From positions 212,148 to 276,147 of the forward strand of contig OZ199838.1 in NCBI GenBank assembly GCA_964304625.1: a DNA stretch of 64,000 nt, in the 5' to 3' direction. Source of the DNA: Kudoa neothunni (lineage: Eukaryota; Animalia; Cnidaria). A program made the position numbers and the translations under genes. Under the pieces are notes generated by a model. It made no database searches. It saw only the letters and a program-made list of their open reading frames with translations, and was not told where the DNA came from. Shown here in pieces: positions 62,818 through 64,000 of the stretch (the stretch's first letter is position 1; each line of letters starts with the position of its first letter).

Positions 62818-64000
62818 CAGTAATGTCTCGATATGGTGTAACAATTTTAGCGTTTCTTACAAAAGAACTCATCAATTTTACGGGTTTGGGTTCTATTACT
62901 AATATTTTCATGTGTAACATTCATAACTGGACGCAGAGAAAACGAGGGTTTATGATTATCGATGATAAACGCTTTTCTTAATGTATTAATTGCACTTTTT
63001 AATTGAGATGTTGTGACGAATTCATCTTTTTGTTCAAAATCTGGATCTTCATTACGCACAGTGACTTTACACTGCTCACCCTCATCTAGATGTAAGATTT
63101 CATTATCTTCCGACAGAATGATATCATCAACATTGTTATCTATAAATATAATGTTTTAAATTCTTCTATGTTACCTTCTAATGTTATTCCATCCTCGCAT
63201 TCCATTAAAATTTGCTTATCTTAATTTTTCAATAGAAATAATCGATCATATACTTTTGAAAATAGGCGACATATTTAAACAATTACTAATAGTTGATACC
63301 GTAACCATTTCCCAAGCCAATTTAGAGTATTTAAACAATCGAGAACAGTTTATTTTAATCTATCTGGGTCATCCTCTTCAAATATAATATTTTTACATAA
63401 TAGTTTTCTATTATTTGATTTTAAACTATGAATTATTCCCAGATCCATTGGTTTCACCACATTGGTAATGTTTTTCGGTAGAAATAGAAGCTCGATGTTT
63501 TCCAAATTATCGATCGATTTTGGATAAGATGGGCACCGATCCAATAAAACTAAAATCTTTCTGTTTTCTTTAATGAAATTATGGTTCATCTCTTTGAGGA
63601 TCTGAAAATATATGCCTGATGACATCCAGCCATTCGCTTGAGAATGATATTCAACTGGAAACCCTTTAATTCCCTTAAAGCAGCGAGGTTCTTAATTTTT
63701 CCTATTACATATAATGGAAATTTTTCTCCTGTCATTGAGGCAGCGACCAAAACCGTAACACGTTTTTTGGATTGTTTTACACCTTTTACATTTTGTTCAT
63801 TTTTAGTAATGTATGTACGTTGTATCAACTGTTCATAATAAAGACCAGTCTCATCCAATTTAATATTTTTTCGGGGCTGTATCTTGACAAAATCTCGGAT
63901 GACTTGCCCATCCATTCATAAATACATTTAAAGTCGGCACTTTCAGCTTCTCCGTGTAATTTATAAATTTTCAGACCATAACACACCCTGAAATTATTTA
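62818..64000 (-). mobile_element. Tigger/pogo transposon remnant, runs off the window
   Basis: TA|cagtaatgtctcgatat end; motifs HGEAESAD, LDETGLYY, KKRVTVLV, LLDRCPSYP, FLPKNITNVVKPMDLGII. Confidence 0.88.

Noticed and set aside
1-64000. Non-canonical splice sites, altered genetic code, CRISPR arrays, rRNA
   Set aside because: The host gene segments I spliced all fit GT-AG introns and the standard code; in-frame stops were confined to TE relics; no repeat-spacer arrays or rRNA motifs were seen.

Overview
AT-rich eukaryotic genomic DNA with many short (about 45-70 nt) GT-AG introns and very divergent proteins. It looks like a fast-evolving animal, possibly a reduced parasite such as a myxozoan; that assignment is inference only. 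Host genes, reconstructed by hand-splicing: the last exon of PCCB (+), NSFL1C/p47 (-), an SMYD methyltransferase (+), PUS3 (+), a GLUT-type sugar transporter (-), BRK1/HSPC300 (-, absent from the ORF track), a 14-kb PIKfyve/FAB1 (+) and a divergent claudin/PMP22-like tetraspan gene (-). Much of the rest is layered, decayed transposable elements: Helitrons, three Tigger/pogo copies, two large hATs, several Buster-type hAT MITEs, piggyBac derivatives (one nested in another), a Mutator transposase and two copies of a tRNA-derived SINE. The most unusual observations are an antisense Rep copy inside a Helitron, an HDV-ribozyme-like 199-bp insertion, the SINE family, NRF1-like palindromes near gene starts, a hairpin-type hAT excision footprint and deep TE nesting. 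I found no convincing new multi-gene system. All alignments were done by eye.
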